A stretch of 64,000 nucleotides of DNA. Origin: Woeseiaceae bacterium (GTDB lineage: Bacteria; Pseudomonadota; Gammaproteobacteria; Steroidobacterales; Woeseiaceae). This document shows, one piece after another, positions 29,022 through 36,901 of this stretch (position 1 is its first letter; each line of letters starts with the position of its first letter). The stretch spans positions 2,033 through 66,032 of the forward strand of contig JBFHXJ010000006.1 of NCBI GenBank assembly GCA_041598995.1, in the 5' to 3' direction. Both the position numbers and the translations under genes were made by a program. A model generated the notes under the pieces. It had not been told where the DNA came from. It was given only the letters and a program-made list of their open reading frames with translations, and did not search any database.

Positions 29022-29672
29022 ATGCGACGAGAAAAACAACGAAGAGATCTGACGAGAATTTCGATTGCCGTTGCCTGGGTGATCATGGCCCTGTCCGTTG
29101 CGGCACAGGAGAACAGCGAGCTCATAGAAAACCTTCACGCATGCCAGGCGATCGCCGATGCCGAATTGCGCCTCGCCTGTTATGACGAGCTCGTCAAGGT
29201 GCAGTCCCGCACTCCGGCACCGGTCGAAGCGATGAACAGTTCGCCGGCACAAGCCGCGCCGGAACCAGCGGACACGCCACCCGCAGCGGCTGCAGTCGCC
29301 GCGTCAGCGGATGCCGCCGCATCGACCGCAGCACCGACACCAAAGCCCATCGACAATCCGCCTGAAGGAGCGCTGACGGCGAAACAGGAACCGCAATCTG
29401 TCCCATTGACGGACGATGTCGGCTCATGGAGTGGCCAAATCGGCAACGAAGACACACAGCCTATTCGTGCCACGGTTACTCGCTGCAGCCAGAACTCCAT
29501 GGACGATTACTTTTTCCATTTTGAAAACGGACAGGTGTGGAAGTATAAAGGCCGCCGGCGTTTGTGGTACAAGGAATGCAGTTTCGATGTCACCATTACC
29601 AGAGACTTTTTTGGCTACAAAATGCAGCCTGAAGGTGAAGACCGCACCTTGCGCATCTCCAGAGTCGACTAG
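29022..29672 (+). CDS. secreted hypothetical protein with Ala/Pro-rich linker
   Basis: An internal ATG follows tRNA-Leu. The signal/TM segment is 'ISIAVAWVIMALSVAA'. The N-terminal motif 'CQAIADAELRLACYDEL' is followed by a low-complexity A/P linker and a C-terminal beta-rich domain. Confidence 0.6.
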   Translation: MRREKQRRDLTRISIAVAWVIMALSVAAQENSELIENLHACQAIADAELRLACYDELVKVQSRTPAPVEAMNSSPAQAAPEPADTPPAAAAVAASADAAASTAAPTPKPIDNPPEGALTAKQEPQSVPLTDDVGSWSGQIGNEDTQPIRATVTRCSQNSMDDYFFHFENGQVWKYKGRRRLWYKECSFDVTITRDFFGYKMQPEGEDRTLRISRVD

Positions 29673-29707
29673 GCACGACCGGCCAAACGCCACAGTTGGA
29701 AGGATAT

Positions 29708-30004
29708 ATGACAGACGAGAAACCAGATTCGACGATTGAAGTTCGCGGTGACGGGAACAAATTAGGGATCACCCATCCGCGGTGCGGCGGAGTGGTTCAT
29801 CAGAAAATCGACGGAAACAGCCAGTTCTGGGAGCTTGAATGCGGCAGGTGTAATCGCAAATGGTGGATCAGTACGTTCGGCGAAACCGAAAGACTGTGGG
29901 AAGTCGTGAACAGTGGTGACGAGCAATACGTTTCGTACAGACGCGGTACGACTCCGGATTCGGCGAGTGCACTTGTGACGGTTCGACGATCTGCATCGCG
30001 CTAA
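29708..30004 (+). CDS. small hypothetical protein with zinc-ribbon-like HxxC...CxxC
   Basis: The ATG follows a GGAAGGA RBS. The ligand candidates are 'HPRCGG' and 'ECGRCNRKW'. GC is visibly lower than in the flanks. Confidence 0.45.
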   Translation: MTDEKPDSTIEVRGDGNKLGITHPRCGGVVHQKIDGNSQFWELECGRCNRKWWISTFGETERLWEVVNSGDEQYVSYRRGTTPDSASALVTVRRSASR

Positions 30005-30124
30005 CGCCAGGTATTACCGGGAAACTTCTCGCCAATAGCCATGCGAGTTTTCCACTCACCTCGAGTAACAGGGAAAGCTTCGGAAAATTCATTTTGGCGA
30101 GCTTGCTCGTCCAAAGAAGTTTTT

Positions 30125-31006
30125 TCAGAAGCGCCACTCCAGGGCCACTGCAACTCGCGTGACCGGGTCGCCGGATAAGCTGGCGACGCTCTGGTCGAGC
30201 AATCTGAATTCGTATCGGTTGGCGAATTCTTTACCGATAGTGGCTGTAAACAAGAATCGGCGCATCAACTCCCAGTTGATAGACCAGTCGATCGCGTACG
30301 CCTCGTAGACAAACTGCGAATTGCGCGTACGGCTGTCGTCGAGCACGTACCATTCGTTGCCATCGGGCTCTATGCTGATTTCCGATGATAGGGAATCCGA
30401 AACCCGATAATTGATTTTTGAAGCTGGAAAACCCAGTTCGAGTTTCCAATCCGGATGCGGTTGCCAGAGAACACTGACTGCCGGATATAGCTGATACTTG
30501 CCGAATCGATGATCGCCGCAGATGCCGAATCGCAGGCTGACCCTGTCACTGACCTGTCGCCCCCAGATCAAAGCTGCCAGTACCTGCACCGTGTCGGACG
30601 TGTATTCATCGGGCCTGTTAGCCACGTTGGACGACGCCGAGAGAGAAGGGGCGATGCTGAATCGAAAGTTTCGGCGTACATCGCCGAACAGCACGTGTAG
30701 CGGGAGGAACAGGGTGTGCAGGTGTCCGTTGGTCTCAGGCTGGAGTAGTTTGACGTCAAATTTGTTATAGCGGTGCGCGTAGCCGAAAAGATACTTTTCA
30801 CCGGCCGTCGTAAAGAGCAGGTCGTAATTGTTGTATTGCAGATCCGCGCTCCCGGCGATCTCGTCGAACGACGATTCTCCGAATGCGACTAATTCGAATG
30901 CCAGCCGGGACTGCATTCTCGGATCGCTGCAAATGTCAACGCTTGCCGATGCAGGCCATGGAAAGGCGAGAGCGATCAAAAGACAGGCAAGGGACAGGCG
31001 AATCAT
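30125..31006 (-). CDS. outer-membrane beta-barrel protein, unknown function
   Basis: The signal peptide is 'LIALAFPWPASA'. The sequence shows an alternating amphipathic strand pattern. The C-terminal 'AVALEWRF' is an OMP-type terminal Phe signature. Confidence 0.65.
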   Translation of the reverse strand: MIRLSLACLLIALAFPWPASASVDICSDPRMQSRLAFELVAFGESSFDEIAGSADLQYNNYDLLFTTAGEKYLFGYAHRYNKFDVKLLQPETNGHLHTLFLPLHVLFGDVRRNFRFSIAPSLSASSNVANRPDEYTSDTVQVLAALIWGRQVSDRVSLRFGICGDHRFGKYQLYPAVSVLWQPHPDWKLELGFPASKINYRVSDSLSSEISIEPDGNEWYVLDDSRTRNSQFVYEAYAIDWSINWELMRRFLFTATIGKEFANRYEFRLLDQSVASLSGDPVTRVAVALEWRF

Positions 31007-31018
31007 TTCTCCATTCTG

Positions 31019-31972
31019 CTAGTGCGAAATCAATGCTGCGATGCGGTGGCCGGCGATGATGATCTGCGATTGGCCGAGCTTGCCGGCGGTGGACATGTAT
31101 TTGCGCGATAGCGTGATGACCGGGTTTTTCCGGCCCGGACGCTGGGCCAGTAACTTTCGCCTGACTTCCGCTGTGTATACGAATTCTATTGCTAGGTCAC
31201 GATATGCCATGCTCCAGTCCGGTATCGATCGGATGTCTCCGTTATCGATTGCGAGCAGGTCCTGCGTTGTCGCATCGGGATCGAGTGCAGCAATATGATT
31301 CGCGAGGCCGTCCCAGACCGCATGCAGGTTTGTCACTCTCCACCAGCGTCTGACACCGATGAGATTGCCGCCGCGGTCGCCCTCGGGAAAATACGCGGCG
31401 CTATACAACGCGACGTTGTGCAATGGCTGGTGCATGTCGCCGGTCAGGTGCACGATCCAGCAAAGCGCGACGGCTTTGTCGGCGTCGCTGGCCGCATCGT
31501 CGCGCCACACGAGCAGGTTACCTTGCAATGCCTCGATGATGTTCAGACCCCGGCGCAAGGGGGGTGCGAACTCGGTCGATACGTTCTGGTCGAGCTTGCC
31601 TTCGAGTTCCGATTCGTCCTCTTCGGTCAGAAAGACGGGCAGATTGATGTAGTGCCAGGTGCTGCGGTGATACTGCTCGCGAACGCTGTTGCCGCGGCTG
31701 GCGACCTGGTCCGGCCAATTCGACGCGTGCGCGAATACCCAACGTGCTTTTGAGTCCTCGCTGCCGTTGACGACGTCGTCTGGCATCGAGGCGACGAAAT
31801 CCTGCCGGTATCTCGGATGCGCGCGGAGTATCGCCGTGACACGCTTTCTTGGTTCGTGGTCCAGCAGGTCGAATGCGATCTGGGCTGTTAACCGGTGTCC
31901 TTGCGCATGCCAGGCGGAGGCCGGTGTCGCGATAAAGAACAGGATAGCGACAGAATAAATTGCGCTTCGCAC
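31019..31972 (-). CDS. S1/P1-family zinc nuclease (secreted)
   Basis: The signal peptide is followed by 'AWHAQGHRLTAQIAF' (the mature N-terminal W...H zinc ligands). 'HLTGDMHQPLHN' matches the GDxHQPLH motif, and 'NLHAVWD' is also present. Confidence 0.8.
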   Translation of the reverse strand: MRSAIYSVAILFFIATPASAWHAQGHRLTAQIAFDLLDHEPRKRVTAILRAHPRYRQDFVASMPDDVVNGSEDSKARWVFAHASNWPDQVASRGNSVREQYHRSTWHYINLPVFLTEEDESELEGKLDQNVSTEFAPPLRRGLNIIEALQGNLLVWRDDAASDADKAVALCWIVHLTGDMHQPLHNVALYSAAYFPEGDRGGNLIGVRRWWRVTNLHAVWDGLANHIAALDPDATTQDLLAIDNGDIRSIPDWSMAYRDLAIEFVYTAEVRRKLLAQRPGRKNPVITLSRKYMSTAGKLGQSQIIIAGHRIAALISH

Positions 31973-32021
31973 GCGAGCCTCCGGGGATGCAGGGCCAATG
32001 GGCAGCAGTTAGGATACCGCA

Positions 32022-32657
32022 ATGGCGAAGCTGTATTTCTACTACTCGTCGATGAACGCGGGCAAGTCGACTTCCCTGCTGCAGTCCAGCTACAACTACC
32101 GGGAGCGGGGCATGAACACGCTGGTCCTGGCGCCTGATCTGGACGACCGTTACGGCGGCGGCAAGGTGACGTCGAGAATCGGGCTCGAGGCCAACGCCAC
32201 GACTTTCAAGTCCGACGCGGACCTGTTCAAGCTCATCACAGCAAGCAACGAGGAGGAACCGCTGCACTGCGTGCTGGTCGATGAGGCGCAGTTCCTCTCC
32301 AAGGAACAGGTGTACCAGCTTGGCGAGGTTACCGACGAGCTCAACATCCCGGTGCTCGCCTACGGCATCCGGACGGACTTCCAGGGCGAACCGTTTCCCG
32401 GCAGTAAGTACCTGCTGGCCTGGGCCGACAATCTGGTCGAGTTAAAGGCGATCTGCTTTTGCGGCCGAAAGGCCACGATGGTGATCAGGCTCGACCCCGA
32501 CGGCAATGCGGTCACGCAGGGCTCGCAGGTCGAAATCGGCGGCAACGATCGCTACGTGTCGATGTGCCGCAAGCATTTCAAGGAGAATTATTTCCGCCAG
32601 ACGCTGGTGCCGCAGCATCAGCTGCCGCTCGAGGTCGTCGCCGAAGACAAGGGATAA
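32022..32657 (+). CDS. tdk: thymidine kinase
   Basis: '[18 protein letters not shown]' P-loop, 'VLVDEAQFL', and the zinc motifs 'CFCGRKA' and 'YVSMCRKH'. Confidence 0.95.
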   Translation: MAKLYFYYSSMNAGKSTSLLQSSYNYRERGMNTLVLAPDLDDRYGGGKVTSRIGLEANATTFKSDADLFKLITASNEEEPLHCVLVDEAQFLSKEQVYQLGEVTDELNIPVLAYGIRTDFQGEPFPGSKYLLAWADNLVELKAICFCGRKATMVIRLDPDGNAVTQGSQVEIGGNDRYVSMCRKHFKENYFRQTLVPQHQLPLEVVAEDKG

Positions 32658-32664
32658 CGGGGCG

Positions 32665-33936
32665 TCAGCCCTTATGGTCACCGCTCGATTCCCCGGGCAG
32701 GGTAATCGTGTTTTCTCTCGCGATCTGTTTCCTGAGGTCCGAAAGGTCCTTCATCATCGAGGTTTCTTCGAAGCCTTCGTCGTCCGGCAGTACGCGTTCC
32801 GTCGCCGTCGGGTCGATGAACTTGAGGCGATGATGCCCGACGCTGACGATGTCGTTGTGCACCATCACCGCGTTCGAAACGCGGCGCGAATTGACGAACA
32901 CGCCGTTCCTGCTGTTCAGGTCCATCAGCAGAGTTCGGTCGCCGAATTTCACGAACAAGGCATGATGGCGACTGATGTATGCGCTGTCGATGCTGATGTC
33001 GTTATGCTGTGAGCGGCCGACCAGGAGACGCGGGCGTATCATGTCCATCTCGTGCAGCGTCTCGCCTTCGAGGGTCAGTATGAACTTCGGCGGTGCAGGC
33101 TGCTCCTCGACCTGCGGGAACTCGTCGGTTGTGTCGATCTCGGTGAAGTTCGGCAGCTCCGGTCGATCGACCTGTTCCGGTCGAATCGGTGCGATCTCGG
33201 CTTTGGACAGCGCCAGAATAGCGAGCCGATCGACGATGCCGGGCCAGCCGCCCGCCGCGTCGTGCAGGCTCGAACAGACAGCCTCGGGCAGGACGTAACC
33301 CGGTTGCTGGCAACCGCCGGCACGCATTTTCGCGTACACGTAATCGCGAGTCTCTTCGCGCAACATCGGTCGCAGGGTAAACGGCTCGATCAGGCGTCTG
33401 GCGATCGACTCCATCGCCGGCGCGTCGATGATCGCGCGCAGGCTTTGATCGCTTGATAGCACTAAACGTAACGCGAAATGATGTTTCACGCGCAATGTCG
33501 CCAGTTCACACAGGATGCCGAGCGTATCGGGGCCCATCTCGTGCGTGTTTTCGACGATGAGCAGCGGCGGCTGACCGGCCGCCGTCTGTTGCTGCACGAA
33601 AACCTTGAGCATGTTCAGAAGCTCATTGGCCGAACTTTCTTCCAGGTTGTAGCCGTACTGCCGGAGCGACTGTTGCAGCAGGCTCGTCATCGTGATACCA
33701 GCCCCGTCGATGATTGCGATGGCCGCGTCGATGGGATTCTGCTCGGCGAACCGTCGCAGCAGGGTGGATTTGCCGGACAGTGGTGGGCCCTGGAACAGAC
33801 CGAGGCCGAAGGGATGGGAATAGGCTTTTTCCAGGTAACTGAATGCTGCCTCCTGTCCGGCATAGCCTACGAAAACGAGCGGTCGTCCATGCGTCCGGAA
33901 CGGCTGTTCGTGCAGGCCGGCAGCGCCTAAATCCAT
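32665..33936 (-). CDS. ExeA/GspA-like AAA+ ATPase fused to a C-terminal FHA domain
   Basis: The ExeA-type N-terminus is 'GLHEQPFRTHGRPLVFVGYAGQEAAFSYLEKA'. The Walker A is 'GPPLSGKSTLLRRF' and the Walker B-like stretch is 'LLIVENTHEM'. The FHA core is 'LLVGRSQHNDISIDSAYISRHHALF...LMDLNSRNGVFVN'. Confidence 0.75.
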   Translation of the reverse strand: MDLGAAGLHEQPFRTHGRPLVFVGYAGQEAAFSYLEKAYSHPFGLGLFQGPPLSGKSTLLRRFAEQNPIDAAIAIIDGAGITMTSLLQQSLRQYGYNLEESSANELLNMLKVFVQQQTAAGQPPLLIVENTHEMGPDTLGILCELATLRVKHHFALRLVLSSDQSLRAIIDAPAMESIARRLIEPFTLRPMLREETRDYVYAKMRAGGCQQPGYVLPEAVCSSLHDAAGGWPGIVDRLAILALSKAEIAPIRPEQVDRPELPNFTEIDTTDEFPQVEEQPAPPKFILTLEGETLHEMDMIRPRLLVGRSQHNDISIDSAYISRHHALFVKFGDRTLLMDLNSRNGVFVNSRRVSNAVMVHNDIVSVGHHRLKFIDPTATERVLPDDEGFEETSMMKDLSDLRKQIARENTITLPGESSGDHKG

Positions 33937-34216
33937 GTTTTGGGACCCCGGATTCAGTTGTAATTATTCATTCTGATACAGTTACTTTCTTAGCGTTCTT
34001 TATGTTGAAAAGTAACTATGAGAAGAGTCTACGATTGGTCATAACGCCTGTAAACCATTTTGGACCCACCCGCGCGAGTCAGTAAGCCACATCTGTTTTG
34101 CAGATTTCATCTCCGATAACATTCATTAACGCCTGATTTGTGCGTACTTACTTTACATAACAGTCACTTAAATTCACTGCGCATGTCGCGCACGGAGTTT
34201 TGGAGCCAAAATTCAA

Positions 34217-34873
34217 GTGTTGTCCGGGACTGATCTTTCGCTCGTGCGTGGCGACCGCTGCCTGTTTGATGGGCTGGAATTTGCGCTGAATCGCGGCGAG
34301 CTGCTCTTGATCGAAGGGCCGAACGGCAGCGGCAAGACGAGTCTCTTACGTGGCATCGCCGGTCTTCTGGAATTCGCAACGGGTCATGTGAGCTGGGAAG
34401 GCGAAAAGGTTCGTGACCATTACCAGCTGTTTCGTGCGGATCTCGTGTGGCTGTCGCACCGCGTCGGCTTCAAAGGCGAACTGAATCTGCTGGAAAACCT
34501 GCGCTTCGAATCCGCGCTGCGTTCGAGCGCGACTGAGAAGCGTCAAAGTATCGTCGAGCGGCTCGGCCTGGCGCGCCTGACCGCGCTGCCGTTTCGCTAC
34601 CTGTCTGCGGGCCAGCAGCGGCGTGTGGCGTTGGCCCGCATGCTGCTGGCCAATGCTCGCCTGTGGCTCATGGACGAGCCGTATACCAACCTGGACAAGG
34701 CCGGCCGCGCCCTCGTCGCGGAGCTCATTGCCGAGCACCTGCACAGTGATGGCCTGTGCATCGTCGCGTCGCACCAGCCGCTGGAGATCGACGCGACGAC
34801 GCGGCGGGTGACCCTGCAAAGAGCCCCGAGGGCCGCGAACTGCCGCCGATGCTGCAGGGTTTCGCCGCCGTGA
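34217..34873 (+). CDS. ccmA: heme ABC exporter ATP-binding protein CcmA
   Basis: Walker A 'GPNGSGKTSLLR', signature 'LSAGQQRR', Walker B 'LWLMDEP'. GTG start. Confidence 0.92.
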   Translation: MLSGTDLSLVRGDRCLFDGLEFALNRGELLLIEGPNGSGKTSLLRGIAGLLEFATGHVSWEGEKVRDHYQLFRADLVWLSHRVGFKGELNLLENLRFESALRSSATEKRQSIVERLGLARLTALPFRYLSAGQQRRVALARMLLANARLWLMDEPYTNLDKAGRALVAELIAEHLHSDGLCIVASHQPLEIDATTRRVTLQRAPRAANCRRCCRVSPP

Positions 34874-35517
34874 TCCGGCGCGATCTCCTGCTCGCCTGGA
34901 AAAAACCCGGCGACGTCCTGAACCCGCTGTTCTTCTTTGCGATGGTGGCGTCGCTGTTTCCGCTGGCGGTCGGGCCGAGTCCCGAGCAGCTGATCTTGAA
35001 CGGACCGGGCGTCGTCTGGGTCGCCGCGCTGCTGGCAACCCTGCTGTCACTCAACAGCCTGTTTCTGAGCGATTTCGAGGACGGCAGTCTCGACCAGATC
35101 ATCCTGAGCCCGCATCCGCTGCCTTTGCTCGGGCTCGGCAAGGCCGTCGCACACTGGCTGTTGAACGGGCTGCCGCTGGTGCTGTTGTCGCCGCTCATCG
35201 CCATGACCTACCGCATGCCCGCGGCGGTGGTCGGCGTCATGATGCTGACGCTCGCACTGGGCTCCGTCAGCCTGAGCCTGCTCGGCTCGATCGGCGCGGC
35301 GTTGACCGTGGGCTTGAGCCGCGGCACGGCGCTCCTGAGCCTCCTGATCCTGCCGCTCGCCATGCCGATCCTGATATTCGGCGCACGAACGGTATCGCTG
35401 GCGGCGGCGGGCGATCCAGTGTCCGCCGGCATATACTTTCTGGCTGCCTATTGCATGATGGCCGTAACCCTCGCACCATTCGCGACTGCCGCAGCCCTGA
35501 AGATCAGCAACGAGTAA
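34849..35517 (+). CDS. ccmB: heme exporter membrane protein CcmB
   Basis: The internal ATG yields 'MLQGFAAVIRRDLLLAWKK...', a typical CcmB N-terminus. The product is 222 aa and polytopic. It overlaps the ccmA 3' end by 25 nt. Confidence 0.9.
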   Translation: MLQGFAAVIRRDLLLAWKKPGDVLNPLFFFAMVASLFPLAVGPSPEQLILNGPGVVWVAALLATLLSLNSLFLSDFEDGSLDQIILSPHPLPLLGLGKAVAHWLLNGLPLVLLSPLIAMTYRMPAAVVGVMMLTLALGSVSLSLLGSIGAALTVGLSRGTALLSLLILPLAMPILIFGARTVSLAAAGDPVSAGIYFLAAYCMMAVTLAPFATAAALKISNE

Positions 35518-35526
35518 CATTGAGCA

Positions 35527-36279
35527 ATGTGGAATTTCCTGCACAAGATGGCGTCACCGCCGTATTTCTATAACCTGTCGGCCCGCATGATTCCGTGGTT
35601 TTATACCTTCGGCATCGTCGCCGTCGCGTACGGCAGCATCGCCGGACTTTTCTATGCGCCGGTGGACGAGGAAATGAACGACGGCTTCCGCATCATCTAT
35701 GTGCACGTGCCGGCCGCCTATATCTCGATGGCGGCTTACATGGTCATGGCAATTGCTGCCAGCATCGGGCTCATCTGGCGTATCAAGCTCGCCCATGCCG
35801 TCGCCGCCGGCACGGCACCACTCGGCGCCTGGTTTACTTTCCTGGCGCTCGTGACAGGGTCGATCTGGGGCCGGCCGATGTGGGGAACCTGGTGGGAGTG
35901 GGGCGATCCAAGGCTGACGTCCGAGTTGTTGATGCTGTTCCTCTATATCGGCTACATGGCATTGCGGGCGGCCATCGACGATACCGCCAAGGCCGACAAG
36001 GCCAGTGCGGTGCTGGCGATGGTCGGAGCGATCAACGTGCCGATCATCCACTTCTCGGTCGAGTGGTGGACGTCCCTGCACCAGGGGCCGACCCTGATCA
36101 AGGAAGGCGGGCCGGGCATCCACCCGGACATGCTGTACCCGCTGCTGGCGATGATTCTGGGCTACACGCTCCTGTTCGGCGCGCTGCTATTGGCCCGTGT
36201 GCGGACCGAGGTGTTGCACCGGGAGCGCCGTGCCAGGTGGGTGCAGGAGCTGCTGCTGCCGGCCGGGGGGGCCGCCTGA
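35527..36279 (+). CDS. ccmC: heme export/loading protein CcmC
   Basis: WWD-type motif 'WGTWWEWGDPRLTSEL', 250 aa, polytopic. Confidence 0.93.
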   Translation: MWNFLHKMASPPYFYNLSARMIPWFYTFGIVAVAYGSIAGLFYAPVDEEMNDGFRIIYVHVPAAYISMAAYMVMAIAASIGLIWRIKLAHAVAAGTAPLGAWFTFLALVTGSIWGRPMWGTWWEWGDPRLTSELLMLFLYIGYMALRAAIDDTAKADKASAVLAMVGAINVPIIHFSVEWWTSLHQGPTLIKEGGPGIHPDMLYPLLAMILGYTLLFGALLLARVRTEVLHRERRARWVQELLLPAGGAA

Positions 36280-36440
36280 TGGAAATATTACTGATGGGAA
36301 AATACGGTGCATACGTATGGAGTTCGTTTGGCATCACTGCTGTAGTGCTGGTCGTTTGCGTGCTGCAGGCGCGCAGACGTCACCAGATCGTGCTGAATGA
36401 CCTCAAAGCACGGCTGAAAGCAATGGAGTCCGAATCATGA
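36279..36440 (+). CDS. ccmD: heme exporter protein CcmD
   Basis: This 53-aa ORF is below the track cutoff: MEILLMGKYGAYVWSSFGITAVVLVVCVLQARRRHQIVLNDLKARLKAMESES. It shows the 'G.Y..YVW' CcmD pattern and a single TM segment. Its ATG overlaps the ccmC TGA and its stop overlaps the ccmE ATG. Confidence 0.85.
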   Translation: MEILLMGKYGAYVWSSFGITAVVLVVCVLQARRRHQIVLNDLKARLKAMESES

Positions 36441-36901
36441 AACCGAGACAGCAACGTATGCTTGCCGTGGGCCTCGCGGCCGCTGGCGTACTGGTCGCGA
36501 CCGTACTCACGCTGCAGGCATTCCAGGAGAACCTGATGTTCTATGTCGAGATCTCCGATGTCGCACAGGGTAACGCGCCGAAGGACCGCAATTTCCGCGT
36601 CGGCGGCCTCGTCGTCGACGGCAGCGTGCGCAGGCAACCCGGCGAGCTCGAGGTGGAATTCACGCTGACCGATCTCGAGAACAAGCTGCCTATTTACTAC
36701 AACGGCATTCTTCCGGATCTGTTCCGCGAGGGGCAGGGCATCATCGCACATGGCCGGCTCGACGACAGTGGACGCTTCGTCGCCGACGAGGTGCTCGCCA
36801 AGCACGACGAGAACTACATGCCACCCGAGGTGGCGGAAACGCTCGCCAAGCATGCGACCGCGCAGGAGGCGGCGCTCGAAGCCGAAGCCAAGAGTCAATG
36901 A
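36437..36901 (+). CDS. ccmE: cytochrome c maturation heme chaperone CcmE
   Basis: An N-terminal anchor and OB domain are followed by the heme-binding 'LAKHDENYMPPEV' (HxxxY). Confidence 0.93.
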   Translation: MKPRQQRMLAVGLAAAGVLVATVLTLQAFQENLMFYVEISDVAQGNAPKDRNFRVGGLVVDGSVRRQPGELEVEFTLTDLENKLPIYYNGILPDLFREGQGIIAHGRLDDSGRFVADEVLAKHDENYMPPEVAETLAKHATAQEAALEAEAKSQ

